64,000 nt of DNA from Raillietiella orientalis (GCA_036172245.1 JAYWIR010000041.1:1922001-1986000), one strand, 5' to 3'; positions 11,259-27,100 are shown, counted from the stretch's first letter. Notes: generated from the letters alone by a model not told the origin. Program-made: numbers and translations.

Positions 11259-14149
11259 CTCCGCCCACGGCAAGAAAAGAGCTCTCGTGAGGGAAAGCAG
11301 GGAGGAAAGCTCATCGACTTCGCCCTCTCCACTCGGTTCTTCAACTCGCATTCATTACGAGGGTGCTGTCCCCGAGAGGCCATTCTTTAAGGGAGGTGGT
11401 TACCCATTTGAGGCACCCGATGCGTGTCCCGGGAATGCCTTCCGGTACGCCATTTCCTTCCCGGCAGCTTCGCCTGGTCTTTCGGAATTCTCGACTCCTT
11501 CTCCCTCCCCAGCAACCCTGCGACTCGCGGCCTGCGGACTCTCGCTCTGAGACGGCGGAGTGGGAGAGCCAGTCTTTTTTTTTGCCATGTCTCGTCCAGC
11601 TCCGTTGCTGGGCATTCATGAAGGAAGACGTAATAAGGTGCTTTCCCCCTGGAGCACCAGTGTTCTTCCCGGAATGGATTAATTGGAGACCACGGAATTC
11701 CGATCTTTTCGAGGAGACTTCCTTGAACCCCTCTTTCCTCCCAGTGATCGGAGTCTTACGTGTTTCTCATGGCAACGGCGAGACGTCTAGTATTCCTTCC
11801 GCATCCTCCAGCTTTTTGCAGCAAACGTCTACCATCAGGGAACTGGGATCCAGTGAATCATAAAGCAAAGAGCTTGCTGCCGTTTCCTAGGTATTCAGAG
11901 GAAATTCACATCCGGTCACGCCAAGGGCGTTTATTCAGAAAGCGCACACTAGTTAGGAAAGGAGTTCCCAACGGAAAACAAGTCCAAGTGGAAGATCCAC
12001 CGACACGCAGGCCAGGCACTTTAAAAAACGTAGATGGAAGGGGAATAAAAAAATGAATGAAACCAAAGGCAGGTCCTCCATAGGAAACGGGGCAAATGAA
12101 AAGCCTCAGCAGATTCTGCAGGTCGGAGAATGGAGCGCCTCCAGCGCACGCACATAGGAAGGAGGCGCTCTTGAATTCACTTCGGCCAAGCACTGTTTCC
12201 GTCTGGCCTTCCTGCATGATATAGCATCTTCCTTGCTCCATCGCTGCTGCCACATGGAGGATTGCCGACTAGAAATCGCAAACGTGGCTCTTCCCTTCCG
12301 TGGAATGCGGCGTGTACGAATTCCTTGCTCTGCAGGAGAAATACTTCCGGGAGTGCTTAATGAATCCTCCTGCAATTCCATTCGCTAACCTGCATTTCCT
12401 GGAACGATGATGACGTACTCACGGCTGCTTGCTGCTCCAATCTGTATGATTTGATTTATGTTCAGACCACTACAGAGATATGTAATGCGACTACCACTGA
12501 ACGGTTGCATGGTAACAAAAGCACAGCAATGAAAGGACTTCAATTTGAACAGCACGAAATGAGGTGGCAAACAAAACAGTGGCCCTTCATGAAGAGCAAA
12601 CTCTGGAATAGTTCTATGATCCATTCTGTAAAGAGCAACAGCCGAGGATCCTCTAGAACCAAGTGTTCGTTTGGCAGTACGAACGCAAATGTTTATTAAT
12701 ATATATTAATGTTCTTCGTGGTCGAGGGTCCCAACTGCAGCAAAGAATGGTCCTATTGTGAAACTTTGGTTCCTTTACCCTTTGCTCCTCATAGTTTCAA
12801 AGATACTCCAAAATCTCGGGAACTCTGCTTGCACTGAGATGCGCATACAAGAGGAAAATTGTAGGTATCTCGGAACTGCATCAACCGGCAATAAAAGCCA
12901 AGGAGCAACTTCTCCAATTCCATGAACTTTAGCTGTTTTGTTTCGTAAGAAGAAGCAAAAAACAAACTGTGAAAGCTACAGCGCTATATCTCAAGTAGAC
13001 GTAAACATTGGTGATTTTTTCAAACGACGGCCCTGAGCATGAGCTGCCCTCAAAAAGCTTGTCTGAAATTCATGCCCATTGGGGCCATCGGTTGAAAAAA
13101 TAACAGACCTCAAGCTTCTTGAGGAAAAAATCTTGAGGTATGCAAGGAATCATAATGAGAGCTGAAAACAAGCATTGGACGTCCTAGATGTGAGAGAAAC
13201 CACCAGAACACAAAGCTCTTCCTGGAAAGAGCTGATCCGGAAATTAAATCATGAAGTACCCTATTTTGCATCCTGTTCGGATGATCAAGAAATGCGCATG
13301 AGCAAACTGCACAACTGAGCCCTATGCAAACAAATGGATTGTTGATTCATCTTATGGAATTAAAATAGGAAAAAAACATTTCTTGTAAAAGTACTCACGG
13401 GCAAATTGAGAAGTGACACGTGGATGTTTCTTGGACCATCGCACAACAGACGATACCCCAAAAGAAAGAAAGATTATGCCTCAGAAGAACCATTCAAGTC
13501 AAGTGAACCGCGAGACGGACCTCCGGTAAGAGCTTGAAGGCCATGCAGGGAAGATCGCGGACATACATGTGGTGTTTCAAAAGGAATTTGAACATCACGA
13601 ATCTAGGAGACCTCCCATTCATCAGTACCACGTTTCGTTCGCCTGCTAAATTCAGATTCAAGTAGTAAGCAGTTCTTGCCAAGTATTGCTCATGCACCAA
13701 TTTTACATGAATTTGTAAAGATGGAGCTGTAATCCATAGCGAAACGAAATTCTTCCGTGTCTCTCATGGTTACAAGATCAAGACGAGGACGGATTCGTTC
13801 TTGAGTAGAGAGCTGATGATGATAACGCATGAATGTAAATAAGACGCTATTCCCACGAAGATCTGAGATTTCAAAAAGGATTGAATACATAAGAGATTGC
13901 TCGTAATGCAGCATCGATTCTTTTTCACATACGTATACAGGCGAAAGATTCCACAAAAGCCTTTTTTTATACTTGCTTGAGTTATCACAATACGAGTGTG
14001 AGCTCAGTGGCTTCCCACTGTTTGGCCACTGGATACTCAGGGAAATCCTTTATTTGTCACAAGAACAAAACACAAAATCGACAAAACACGCAGGATTTTT
14101 TCGCTTATTTGGAATGCTTCTCTGGGACAGAAGACTGAGGCATTGACAT

Positions 14150-17100
14150 CACTCTTGTGCTAATGAGGATGCATGGATGACATTTGAAATTTCAAGGAAT
14201 GAAGGGGGATATGGAATTGCAGCGGAAATTCGGGAAACTTCTTCTGATTCTGATGATTGTGATGTGCGCTCTTATTTGGGATGCCTGAAAAACGGGAATG
14301 TATACTGGAATTCCTGCCTAAGAACGCAGCACATCTGGTGTAGGCAATGGATATGGGAACCACATAAAATCTGAAAATGTTATACCACTGAAAGATAGTG
14401 GACCACATCCTCGAAGTGATTGAAGAAAGCCCGGCGACTTCACCTTCATCAGCTGAGGAACTGAGTTTCATAGTGGATCTTGTCCAGGCAGCATAGTTTT
14501 CTCCTGATAGTTGGCGAGAAGCAATCAGAAAGACAATTCGCTCGCTGCGGTTCGAAGTTCCCAGACTTGGAAATGCACACAAACGGCTAAGAGAAAGTAC
14601 GAGGCCATTTCAGGACTACAGAAAGCTAAAAAATACGAAGAACCCGAAGCTAAAGACAATGTTGGATGCTGCAACGGAAATGAGCGTCGCAAGGAGGCAA
14701 TCGTTGGAGGCATTCTATTAGAAAGTGATGAAGGTGGGGAGAACCTGGACCTGAGCTGATGATGCAAGGAAAACGTTGCAAGGATCATACAGAGGTGCAG
14801 GGAAACTTATTGTCGGAATACCCCAAGCAGGAAGGCAATGAAGGTAGTCCATTATCTGCACTGGTTGTCTAGATGTCTGCTTCTCCGTCAACGGCCGTAA
14901 GGAACGAGCACTCCTATGGTAAACTGTGTGCTGCAAGCGCATATTTGCTGCATACACTTCATCTTTAATTATCAAATATTTCCTCTTATATGCTGTATAA
15001 TCTGCTTTGATTCCGTTAGAATGGAAGGACTTCAAGGATAACAGACAGCACCTCGAACAGATGTTTATACTGATGATGAGGAAAACGAAAACAGTTCAGC
15101 ATGAAGAACATTTGAATTTTCGATATTTTGCTCTAATTTGTTCCGCATTCCATATGAATCTATAACTTGGCGCCCAGTCGGATTTAGTTTTCCTTTTATA
15201 TATAAGTTTTCTCTTGCATAACTGGGGCAGCCCCTTAACTCGACCGAGCTGTACGAGCCCCCTGTGTGTTCCATACAACCGGAGTTCACAATATTCAGAA
15301 CGGATAGTGCACCTTCAGTGGAGGACATCGACGTCACCTCGTCGTTTAGATGGTGGAAAGTTTCGTTTTCTAGAGTTCCGATTTTATATCTGAGCTCTGC
15401 GTAAAAGACCTCCCATGCTCTCGAGTGAGCCCACTTGACTGGTGAACCGGGTGAGTAAACACAGCGAAGGTCTACGAATGGTGGCGTACCGTGGTCGAAC
15501 GTCCCCCAAGGAGAATGGACAAATGAATGCACTCACTCACGGAGCGTCAGAGAGCTTCTTAAATCAGAAAGCACAACTGGGGGCCACTTTTTCGCAGGCG
15601 CTGTTGCTTTGCCAGTTGACATCAGAATGGTTGCTAATTGACAGGAAGAGTGGAAATGGATTCAGACTGCTGCACTCCAGCCACGATGAACGAACCCAGT
15701 CAGCTTGAAACGATATCTTCAAGATGCTCTTCAGGGGCACATCGAGAGAGCTCGAATCGAACGTGTTATCAAAATTCCAGCACTCGCCGGAAATGAATCA
15801 AAAGATCTGGAAGATGCTGGAAGGAAGTCTTTGTAAATAGGTGTGAATATGCTCGGGAGGTCGATGCAGAGATGGCACCCACATGGTTGAACAGAGAGGT
15901 ACTTCCCTTTGTTTTGAAGTCTTTGAATGGAAGGATTCCGGAAACGAAATCTGCAAGACGGAATCATCAACGCACTTTGTTGACTTCCAATCCGAGAGTA
16001 TTGCGATATGGAATAACTCTTCGTAACTGCTCCCAGCAACTCCTCTGTTTACTATGATACAACGTGAATATTAGGCGCGAATAAAGCATGGAAAGCTGTT
16101 ATAGTGGAATATGTACGTGATGTCATTACGTGTGTTCCACCACACTTGAAACATCAGAAGAGGCCAATTCTCTTCTTGTTTTCAAATGAGCCTTTCTCGG
16201 ACAACAAATCGGGAAAGTTTTGAGATTCGATTCCGATGGCCTCTGAGCTCACCACTCCGAGCCTTCGAAACCAAACGTGACGAAGATTGAAATGAAGTTT
16301 GGGTCCTGTTAAATAATCCATCGCCGTTCCCTTGCAAGCAAGGAAGATAACCTAATCAAGATATAGAAACTCAGGATTCGCAGAAACGATAGAAAGCCAA
16401 ATGATTGGAAGTTCATGTTTGATGAATTATGATACAGATCTAACAGAATCGTGACAATTTCTCTGTTATCAATGTCTCTCGATAAGATTAGTTAATGATC
16501 TTCCTCATTCATCCACAATGATGCCTGATATGATGATAGGCAATGCCTATCACTATATCCACAAAGAACCATCTGCATGATCCTTAGCTGATTAATAACT
16601 GGTAGCAACTTGGAGTATGCTAGGACCATTTCTGCTTGGAAATTAGACAGGAAAAAGAACGATCCATAATTCGTTCATTGATGAATTTCCGTTTCTGATG
16701 GAACCACTGATTCAGAGTAGCATTATATGCACCGAACATCAGTTTGATATTGTGATTATTGTATAAGATAACTGAGCTGAATGTAATTAATTATACAAAA
16801 ATTTTTAGACGAATTCAGTCCGTTTAGAATTCGTTTCTTAAAAGGTCAGTGGATGTGTACTATGAATGCTCCTTGGAATCATGCTTGTTAGTCTTCATGG
16901 CAGATTGCTGAAGTACCTTAGCTACATCTTTAGGATGAGGAGCTTTGCCTTTTCAAACACATTAAGGCTTCAATGAATCTTCTACTTAATCCAGAGCATG
17001 TTGGTGTCCCTGAGGAATTTGCACTCGTTTCTTCCAGAATTATTTCAATATTTTAGCAAATTGTGCGTTCTGATTTTCATAAAAAATCTTTCTAGAATCG

Positions 17101-17700
17101 ACATAAAAAAAGGGGGCCCCTAGTGGATGGAGGATTTTCCTTCAACAGGGAGCATGTAGTTTCCTTCCAATATTCTCAAAGATCCATCGTATTGGAAGCA
17201 CAAAATACCTCTTTACAGATACGTGCCATTCCTGAATGGCACCTCCACCTATGCTTCCTGCTCGTCGAAAGATCAAGGCGGGATCAAGTTAGAGTAAATG
17301 AAAACTCCACTTCTCCCGGGACATCGAAGATCCCAAATTAGTCGACCGCGAAGGCGAGCAGCCGTGGAATTTTCTCGATGTGCCCCGCAAATAGCGAACA
17401 GATTTCTTTGCTGCCTGTTCCTTGCTTGGCAACTATTGTGATGCAGATTCCAATAAGAAAGTCGATTTTAGCAGATTTTGGAAAAGTCACCTCGACGTCT
17501 AACCTTCCCTTGAAATAATATCTCAAGGTCTATCTTACAGATTAAGGTTTGGGATCTGTGGGCGAATTCTTTGCACACTGGGATGAAAATTCAGCATCAT
17601 AAAACCAGGACGCAGACTTGGCAATTTGGAAAGCTAAATAAGTCGAAAGAAAGCTGGATGTAGAAGGTCGTAGAACAAACTGATGATAGCGACTAGGCAC
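14150..17700 (+). pseudogene. Decayed coding-like sequence of unknown identity (weak hAT C-terminal-like motif near 17470)
   Basis: Protein-like stretches broken by in-frame stops (KIVDHILEVIEE.., LESNVLSKFQH.., FSRFWKSHLDV*PSLEII). No confident homology. Confidence 0.2.
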
Positions 17701-20419
17701 GTGTTGGAGCCAGTCACAAAGTTACGATGCTCTGCTTATAAGAAGTGTTGATGTCAAATCGGAGCACATGTCCTTCCTTTTGGAATTCCTGTTCACCTCA
17801 CTCTTTTGCGCCAATAACATGCCTCTTCATTTCATCCAGCTTCGTAGGCACTGACAAAGGAGACTTATGTGCCTTCAGAAGTTCCTAAAGACTGCGACTG
17901 CCTTCTTGGGAAGGCAAATTTGCCCAAACAGCCAACCCGTTGTTCATTCCCATATGCAGGAGCATCGATGCAGAAGCATCGGTTCTCTCAAAAGCACCTC
18001 CTGTCGGTCCTGTCCTTTGGAATAGCTCGGAGCGCGTGTTTATGGATCCATTTTTCAGCGGCGACATAGCGAACTAGAGATTACATTATTTCCATCTAAT
18101 CGTTCAATTCACTCCATCGCTTTAGGGTGAACGCCGAATGGAAGTGAATGTCTTTCCATAAAAGTTGGAATGGACCTATCCTGGACTTACTCACCATCTT
18201 TATGATTTGCAGCAAACATTCGATTTTGTCTCAAAAGTCAAAATGTGAAACTCAGTTTCTGTTTTGTTTCCATTTTCTGTTTTTATTTCTTTCGAATATC
18301 AAACAGGGAAAATCTGTTTACTCAATACACCTATTCGTAGTCAGTTTATCTGACTACCAATAAGTGTCCCTAGTACTTAGCGTCCCTTTACTCAAATGTA
18401 ATCAAACGCTTCTTCAATGGTTTATTTTTTTTTTTTTTTTTTTAAAAAAAGCGTTTGTTCATTAATGAAATCATTTTCCATCTGTTTATTAGGCGTTTCT
18501 CAATGCCCAAAATTCTGAAAAATCTAGAGAATGTGTCATTTCTCCTATGGGTCGCTCGTGCAAGCCACTCGTTGGCAAATTAGAAATTCTGAAGCCTCTC
18601 TTTGAAAAGAATGTGCATTCACTGTGCAGCTAATTGGCCTGAAAGAAGAAAGATTCATTTTGAGAATTTCAAGAATAACCTGACGTGACTTGACCCAGTG
18701 CTTCAGCTGAGAAATCCCTACCATTTCCAGGAAGTCGAGGTGGTTTGCGAAATAGAAAGCTGTAAGCAAAGATTGTTTTCCATTCCACGCTATGGTGTCC
18801 TGCAAAGCGAGAAAAAAGCAAGTATAAACCATAAAACAAGGATAATGATTTGTGACGATTAGAGTTTCACATCGTGATGCTTCCATAGCGATGATGAAAG
18901 CTGCTCTCGTGAGTCCTGATGTTTGCGTCTGCGAAGATGAGAAGCACATCGCTTCAATCGCTTCCATTTCCTACCGGGAGAGAGAATCGCTAGGGTTACT
19001 ACTCACTAGGGTTACTTCCCCTAACCGGGAAAAGGAGCAAGTGCGTGTGAAAATGCAAACCTTCGAAAGGAAGCTGTGGTCACTTTTACTGGGTGCGTTC
19101 TGACCTTACAAACAATCGATAAAGAGTACGCGGTTGATAGACGACATTTCGATCCCTAGGGACATCTGTATTAGCCTCGAGGGCTTCTCGGCTAGGAAAT
19201 ACTTCTGAAGTAGTAAAGTAAGCCCGATGGATCAATTTTAGGGAAGATTACCGAGGGAAAACGCCAGCATCGTTGTCACGAACCCAAAAACCCAGATGAA
19301 GATGCAAGGATCTTCATGGAACCTCATTTACATGATGTTAGTGTCGATTTTTACTCCATGCTGGCTGCTATTTAAAAAAAAAAAAAAAGCTAGGAATAGA
19401 GTGTAGAATGGAGGGCAATTTTTTTTAAATGGTGTGTGGGATCACTAAATGGAAAGCACAGGACTGACAGTTGGGTAGTAAATTCATTCTCGATCTGAAG
19501 ACCAATGAAAATGAAAACACAGAGACGTACTTCAGCGGATTTTCAAGTAAGCAACACAAATTCTTGCAAAATTTGCGTGTCAGCAACACCACTGCTTTGG
19601 ATTCGAGCTTGACTTGTCGGGTGCCGTCCGATACCAGTAACTTGGATTAACGTGCCTCGGCTCTCAAGAGTTAAAGGATACAGTGTTCTACTTCATGTTT
19701 CCGTGAAAGGATACTCAACTGCTTCCTCCTGAGGCCCGGGCAAGATGCTGCCACGCTGGGGGGCACCCTTTCGTCAAGTGCACGCAGAAGTGAATTCGCC
19801 ATCACACAATGTGCTGGCAGTCGGGCGTAGTGGGAGAGCGAAAAACGGTCGTGGGCAAAAATCACCGATTCCTTGTGCTTTGGCCCAAACACGATTTGGA
19901 TTTTTCATTTTGAAAAGAATGTTATGAAGTGTTTGCAGGAGCTGATAAGTGTTTGGTATTTCTCAAATGAATGGATCGTTCAGTCGTATGAGTCGGTACA
20001 GATATAGGAATCACATTCTAAAAATCGAGAATGCTCTTCTTTGTGAATGCAAACTTTGATCCTCTCATGGATTCTTTTTGACTAGCCAGAAATAGCTAAA
20101 ATGAAACAGTGTTCAAGACTAAATTTACACATAGAAACGAAGTTCTGATCTTAAATTTAAAAATCTGCTTCGGAGTTTTGTTTCCATGGTTTCCAGATTC
20201 TGACAGATCTGCAGTCGTATTTGACTACGAAATGTCCCTAGATTTGAGAAAACTCCCTAATTATTGTAGGTTTATTTTCCTTTCTTCCTAAATTACTTAC
20301 TAATTCCGAGATTCGATCTAGATTTAGGAAACTGAATCTCGTACCCAAAGTTCAAATATCTAATCCACGATGCGCCTTCCAGAGTGAATGACCGAGTTGA
20401 TTCCCGTTTGTCTGATGTT

Positions 20420-21102
20420 TAGCGCCCAGATTTGCCATTATTTATTAAATTATAGAAATAATAAAGGTGCAATTAAATGCTCCTGTGCTGAACCGTCTGA
20501 TTCACCACGTCAGTCCAACTTGCCGATCACCAGTCCGTAGACCGGCGAGGTCCGTTTCCGCGGCGAAGAGGGAGGGAAGACCACAAACAAAAAGAAACAC
20601 AAAAGAAAGTAAGGGGGGGGAGGTGATGTTTATTGGGGAGAGGAGGGCGGGGGAGGGATTACTGTTCGCCTGGATACGGCCTCTGTATGCTGTCCAGGAT
20701 GTCGACAAGTTGTGCTCTTCTCTTTCCCAGGTGGAGCCATCTCGACGCGGTCTTCAGAAAGTGAATGGCCTCCTTACCATTCTGGCCTCTTCTTCTCGCG
20801 TTCCAGCCCTCAAGGATTCCGTGGATGCAGCAGAGACGGGACGCGGCTGGCGGCAGATGGCAGCTAACGAAGAGGACCTTAAAAGTGTCCCTGGGGTCGC
20901 CTTCCGGGTTTCCCAGGATCGTCGATAGACGATCCCAGAGGAGGAGGAGGGCGGCACAGTCCAACAGAAGATGCGGCAAAGTCTCTTTCTTGCCGCAACT
21001 CTCGCAACGGGCAACCACACTCCACCGTGTCCAATGACGTAGACGTGTTTTGCATGGGAATCCCCCATGCAATGCCACCTCTTGCCACTTCATGGGGAGG
21101 GT
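20420..21102 (-). mobile_element. 5'-truncated LINE in AT-rich host DNA
   Basis: ORF 20659..21093 (KWQE..HGGFPC..CESCGKKETLPHLLLDC..CCIHGI). 3'UTR with hexaloop hairpin gccggt-ctacgg-actggt. Degenerate terminus. Confidence 0.85.
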
Positions 21103-24100
21103 GAATTCGATGTAAAGCAGATGTCATGGAGATCTTCATCGGGAACTGAGTGCAACACTCCTTAGCTTGAATCTTTTTGGTGCTTGGATATCTCCAGCCA
21201 GTCATTTCAACTGGCTTCTGTCGCTTTTCAGATTCATTGAGAAATCGCTTGCTTTTGCATTCAAATGTTGCCGTACTTTCTTAATTTTCTGTTCGATGAA
21301 AATTTTTGTTCTTGGACCAGTAGTCTAGGTTATCCTTCCTTCAATTCATCCCCATTCGAGAAATTAAGTGCCTCGCGACTTCTAGCAATGATAATTAATT
21401 GCAATAATTTCAAAATCAGCTTTTTAGCTCCTTCTGTGTTCTGCAACTTGAACTTCCTCTTTTCAAAATTAAAAACTGCTTCTTTGAATATGTAAGAAGG
21501 CTATTTATAGAGAAGAATGTAATTGTAAAACTACTCTCTCTACGTGGTCTTCTGTGCTTCAGCAACGCACCGAAGACAATGTTGGAAACCGAAATTCAAA
21601 TGTCCGCTTTTATCTTCATATTTGTACATTAATCACGCACCAGTATTACGTGCCTACTTTCCAAACCTGCATTTATGAACATCTTCACTGTTCTGGCTGA
21701 AGTTTTGCTCAGAAATTACTGCCGGCAATTAAATCCAACGAGCTGACGAATCTGATGAATAATCTGAATCAGACGATCCTGAACTTCTTTTTATGGAAAC
21801 TCAGGTCTGCGAGAATCCATGTTCTTCTTTATTAATTCATGTTAGAAAAAAGAGCACGCACACACATACGCCCATTTGTATTTCTGCTTGCTTTTTAAAG
21901 AAAAGTGGAAAATCGTCGACGGAGGCAATAATTCCCATCATCCCATTGCAAATAGCTCGTAAGAGTTGCATGTGTTTGTGATAAACTTATAAGATGTCTA
22001 TCCGCTCTACCCATTTCAGTGGATGGTGCTCGAAAACATCCAAGATGCAAGAGTGATGCAAGAGTGAAATAGATTGGAATTTGGTTTACAATAAAGTAGG
22101 CGTTTCCCCCAAGTCGACAAAGCAACACTGCAGGGATCTATCTATATGCACAGGGATGTCCGCAGACAGAATGCTGAAAACGCTGAAATACAAGATAGCA
22201 CAAGTAAAGCATAAAAGACTGAATCAGACGCACTTCATTAGCGGTTCCGACTGTTCATTTCAGCCCATCAAAATTGCTCGTTTCCCTCGAATGCTACCTG
22301 CCCTGTCGTCTTCCCGAATTTCGAACTGATTCCAAACTGCAAACCGTTAGTCCCTTCTTTTGATGACAACACGTCTCGGAAGTAGCCACAAGGGTTGTTC
22401 CTCCTCGCCCATTTTTTTCTGGGATATTCTCACGGGAAAAGCACAAAAGGTTGAAACGGTTATTGCGAATTACATGACGGATCTCTTGATGATAGATGAA
22501 AAGTTACCGAGAATTTTCCCCTGATGCGTTTCCTTGCTTCCAATTTCATAATCCAACTTTCCGTCTAGCTGGCTTCAAGTCAAAACTCTATTCAGCTGTA
22601 AGCTTGCTTGAATTTTCTTAGGGCATTTCAAAGCCCTAAGAAAGTCACGGTCGAGCTCGGTGAGCGACGATCCTCTTCGGATTGCGAAAGGGCGCGCAGG
22701 GAATAACACGGAATGATGGTGAAGGCTAGTGACCTGCAACGGAAGAAGGATGCCGTGTACGATACTTCAGTTCCATATACTTTGAAACTGCGCCTGAAAG
22801 CCTTTCATTTGAATAACTCTTCTGTGAGAAGAAACGGAATCTGCTAAAAGGCATATGACAGAGCGTTGTGTGATCTATGATACAGTAGATGATGCGTTTC
22901 GTACTGTAGTTACAGGCAAAAGCATTCAAGCCGTTATGAGTCGGTCCTTATGTAGAGAAAGAATTGGGTATTCTGTCCGAAATATGAACAGAAAGCAGCC
23001 TTTATCTTCCTTTTTTGTTTTGTTTTGCCTTTTTTCACGATATCTGATGAAAATAAATTTTGGCATAACTTCTACATTCAGTGAATGCTGTTCACGCACC
23101 AATGGTTATGATAGTATTAACATGGGCTAAATCATCAAGCCAATACTTCAATTTTTTCTTGTTTAGAATAGTTGGTTTTTGTAACTCCGATGAATGTCTA
23201 AAAGGTCAACAGGAGTCGAGTTCATGGGCATGGTGGTTGTTCTACTGATGAAGCCGTTTTCGCTGCATGCGTATCTCTGCAATTAAGATCAAAGTGATCA
23301 ATTCACGATGAAATAGATTCTTATAATTCAAATAACTTTGATTATTAGTGTATCGGAAAGAATGACTGCGTGTAAATGGTTTTCTAACAAAAACACAAAA
23401 CATCCAAACCCCTGAAGACCAAAGTACCTTCATGATGACATATAGCCATTAGAAAATTTTCCAGCTTACACGAAAAATTCATCGAGAGGTCCAGATGACA
23501 AGGAATAAGAATGGCATTTTATGTAACACGTTCAAATGACCTGAAATACCAAACTGTGCGGTTAAGATTTTAGTTTCATCCAAAATCAGTAGTATATGGT
23601 AGGTACGCATACAATTACACAAAATGCATATGCCTTTCTGATAAGAGCATATTCGAGTGGATTTCCGTTTTGCCAATAATAACTGTGAAAACAAATCAAG
23701 GACTTAAGGTTGAATAAAAAGCACTTGAAACTTGACATCCTAGTTGTTTGTAACTAATTAGCGAGGCGGAGCACTCTCAGCTCATCAGCATACATAACTC
23801 TCAATTCGAAATTAAATAACTCCATTACTAGGAACACATTTTATCTGTAGTGTGCAGTCGCGATAAATCTCTCGAGCAAACACCCTATGAGTTCACTGAA
23901 TTGACGAAGCTGCAAGGTCCACATATCCTCATCAAAACTTTGTTTTTGGATTTTGTCTTCTGAAAGATTGCGCTCAAATCATCCTCTTCCATTATGCATC
24001 TTCGGTTCATCATCTTTAAGCTATATACCGAGGCGCACTCCAATATGGAACTATCAAGCTTTTATGTATTAAATAATTCAGCAGATTTACAGAACTTTTC

Positions 24101-27100
24101 CTTTAAGGAAAAGAGCATTCTCAAGATTTCAAAGATAACTGTTTTTTATGATATCCAGCATGAAAATCGAATTTTTTATACTTTCCTTAGGCTGCTTTCT
24201 TGGATGGAGTTGCATATCTTATTATATGTTCGGAGTTGTTGCATTAAGAACACAAAAGCAGAAAATGGTGCTCACATCCACTCTGATATCTAAAGACCAC
24301 ATTGGAGAAAACACACAAATGTTTAATTTTTTAATATTTATTTTCCTTTCTCTTTAAAAATGTAATCTAATTATGTCTTAGCCAGGAGTAGTAGTAGGAA
24401 TGTTTATCATATTGATTTATTTTCCAACCAGCATATTTCCATTCAAACAAGGGTAATACACTGATACCATTTCGTTTCCATTATCAAATTACCAAGTGGA
24501 ACTCTATGTAAAGGTTCCGTGGAAATTTCATGAGCTGTTTCGTACCTTCGTGATCTTGACCACTTTCGCGGTACAGTTATGCTGATTATAAGTTTCAACT
24601 AAATCTTCAACAACAAAGTACCGTTTATTTGGGTGGATGCATGGTGCGGTATCAGTAAGCCTCGCACCAATAAGCATGAACGTTGCATCATGCAAACTGT
24701 TAGGTGGGAATCCATTTGAACACAATTTACTTTCCAATTAAAGACGGAAGAAGACATCAGAAAACGCATCCTTCATAGGTGCAAAAAAATCGTCAAAGTA
24801 TTGAATCATTTCGTTGAAGACCTTGATTTTGAAGATTCGAAACGAGTTTCATGGGATGGCAATTCTGAGGGACTAATTAAGTATATTTCGGAATTCTTTA
24901 AAACGTGCCAAATTAAGTAAGGGTGATTCCGAGGAAGATGAAATCAGTCTAATACTTAGGCGAGATCTCAACCATTATGTGCTCATTCTAGAATACGTGT
25001 GCACCCAAAAAATATGTTGCATCTGAATGAGTTATGCACTCATGAACATATCTTACCTTTGAGAAACTCAAAATCAAAAACAGAATCCATAATTCAGTGT
25101 TGCTCAGTTACCCCAAACCTTTTCTGCATTTCTATAATCTAATCGTTTTTTGGCTTCGAAAGTCAGATGATTAGCTGGAGAAGATAAAACTTTCAGGTTT
25201 TGATACTAGTACACGAGTATCAAGTTAATTTAAAAGATAAAGCATCTAACGAAAAAATCAAAGAGACATGGGAGAAGTTTTACAAATATTAGATATTTTT
25301 AAAATACTGTAGAAGAGTAAAAAAAACAAATCCTCAAAAGAATCTCTGCAAATATTCACAGTTCCTGAAACAGGTGGCTGACAACACATGATTTTTTTAT
25401 GGAAAGAAAACTTGCTCAAAATAGTTCTTGAAGTCGAAGTTATTCCTGGGTTAACCATAAAAACAAATAATTTCGGTACTAAGATCAACCCAATGTAATA
25501 CGAAAAGAAATTATAACTCCAATCTCCAAAAAATACCATAGAATAAAAAAACGATGTTTAATCTATATTAATCTTTCATATTTTCTATACAAATTTCAAA
25601 TTTTCTTACGTTCATGATAATCATTATTAGCATTTTATAAAGAACCCAAATACCAAGAAAGAAGTTGACCTTTCCCTTACCGGATTCCCACTAGCACATT
25701 ATCATAATGAACCCCTAATATGCCACCCCTAAATAATAACTTATAATTCAAATTCCCACTTTCCAACAAAACTTTTATTATTATAATGTATTCAATTACA
25801 GCAATCACTTCACCAAGCCATACTAATATGTAGCAAATACAGCAAATGCAAATAAAAATGCGTAATTGATTGACAAACTCATGTTAAGGATCTCTGCCTT
25901 CAACACCAAGTCTTCAATTACCTACTCTTCATTAAACTCCTTTCTGCATCATTTAATAAGAATCATAATTCTGAAAAGATTAACTCTGAAAGACAGGAAC
26001 ACTAAGACCTTTCATGACTAAACTCTCAACAAACAATGGATCATCTTTGTTATGAACATTTATACATCACAAATACTCCTCCCCTAAGAATTATGACTCT
26101 CACATTAATTAAAAGACGCACAAACGTGTGCTGTTATAAACCTAATAATCTCATCAGTCAACTCCAAGCTCAATTGACAAGCATGCAACAAACACAAATC
26201 TGTAATAGGGCTTCTATTCTCTCCATAACGGAATGACAAAAATATTTGCTTTTCCTGGCATTCATAAACAATACTATTTGCAGAAAAGGACCCAAACATA
26301 TGTTTTTGAGTGAAAACTCAAAACCATATTTTTAATAAGGGTATAGATCCAATAGCATACCAACCACTCTCTCTATCTCTTTCCATACACAATCTTACAT
26401 ACCCAAAAAGAATAAATTATTTCATAAAAAAAAGACTACAGAAACAGAACTCTTATTACGATAATTTCTTTTGAATATATCACCAACCCTACTCACTGTA
26501 AAAGGATTCAAGAATCATACCAACCTATATTTTAACTTTCACTAGAGAATCCACAAGGACCTCAAGAACAAGGAAAACACTTCGTAAACTACAGAATTAA
26601 TCAAAAAAATCAGGAGCATACCAGCTTCACTTAGTTTCTTTGCTCAACATCACTAATCCCATTTTTAAATAGACAAATTACATCAAAGTCAGCAAAATCT
26701 ATAGGTTGTAAAGATAGTCATAACTCCAAACTCTAAACTGCACCACTTGAGAACTGAACCTGCTAACAATCACAACAGTAGTCCTCCTATCAGCAAACAT
26801 TTAAGCATATGAAAACTAACACCTAATGTATGAATCTAAAATCTTTTAATCTAAAATCTCATGAATTTCACACTAGGTGATATAGGCATATCCATGAAGT
26901 CTCTCTCCATGTTAAATAACAAACCTAAATGCTCACCTGTATCACAGTAAACAAAAGTACCAGGATCAAAGAAAATGATTCATCTTATTTATTACACTGT
27001 AGCTAACAAAATACACCATAACGAATTATTACCACTATGAATGTGGAATGAGCATACACCATTCTAAATACAACTCATAAGCTGACAAAATCAAAACTAA

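Noticed and set aside
18980..19030. tagggttact x2 as telomeric repeat
   Set aside because: Only two separated copies, not an array.
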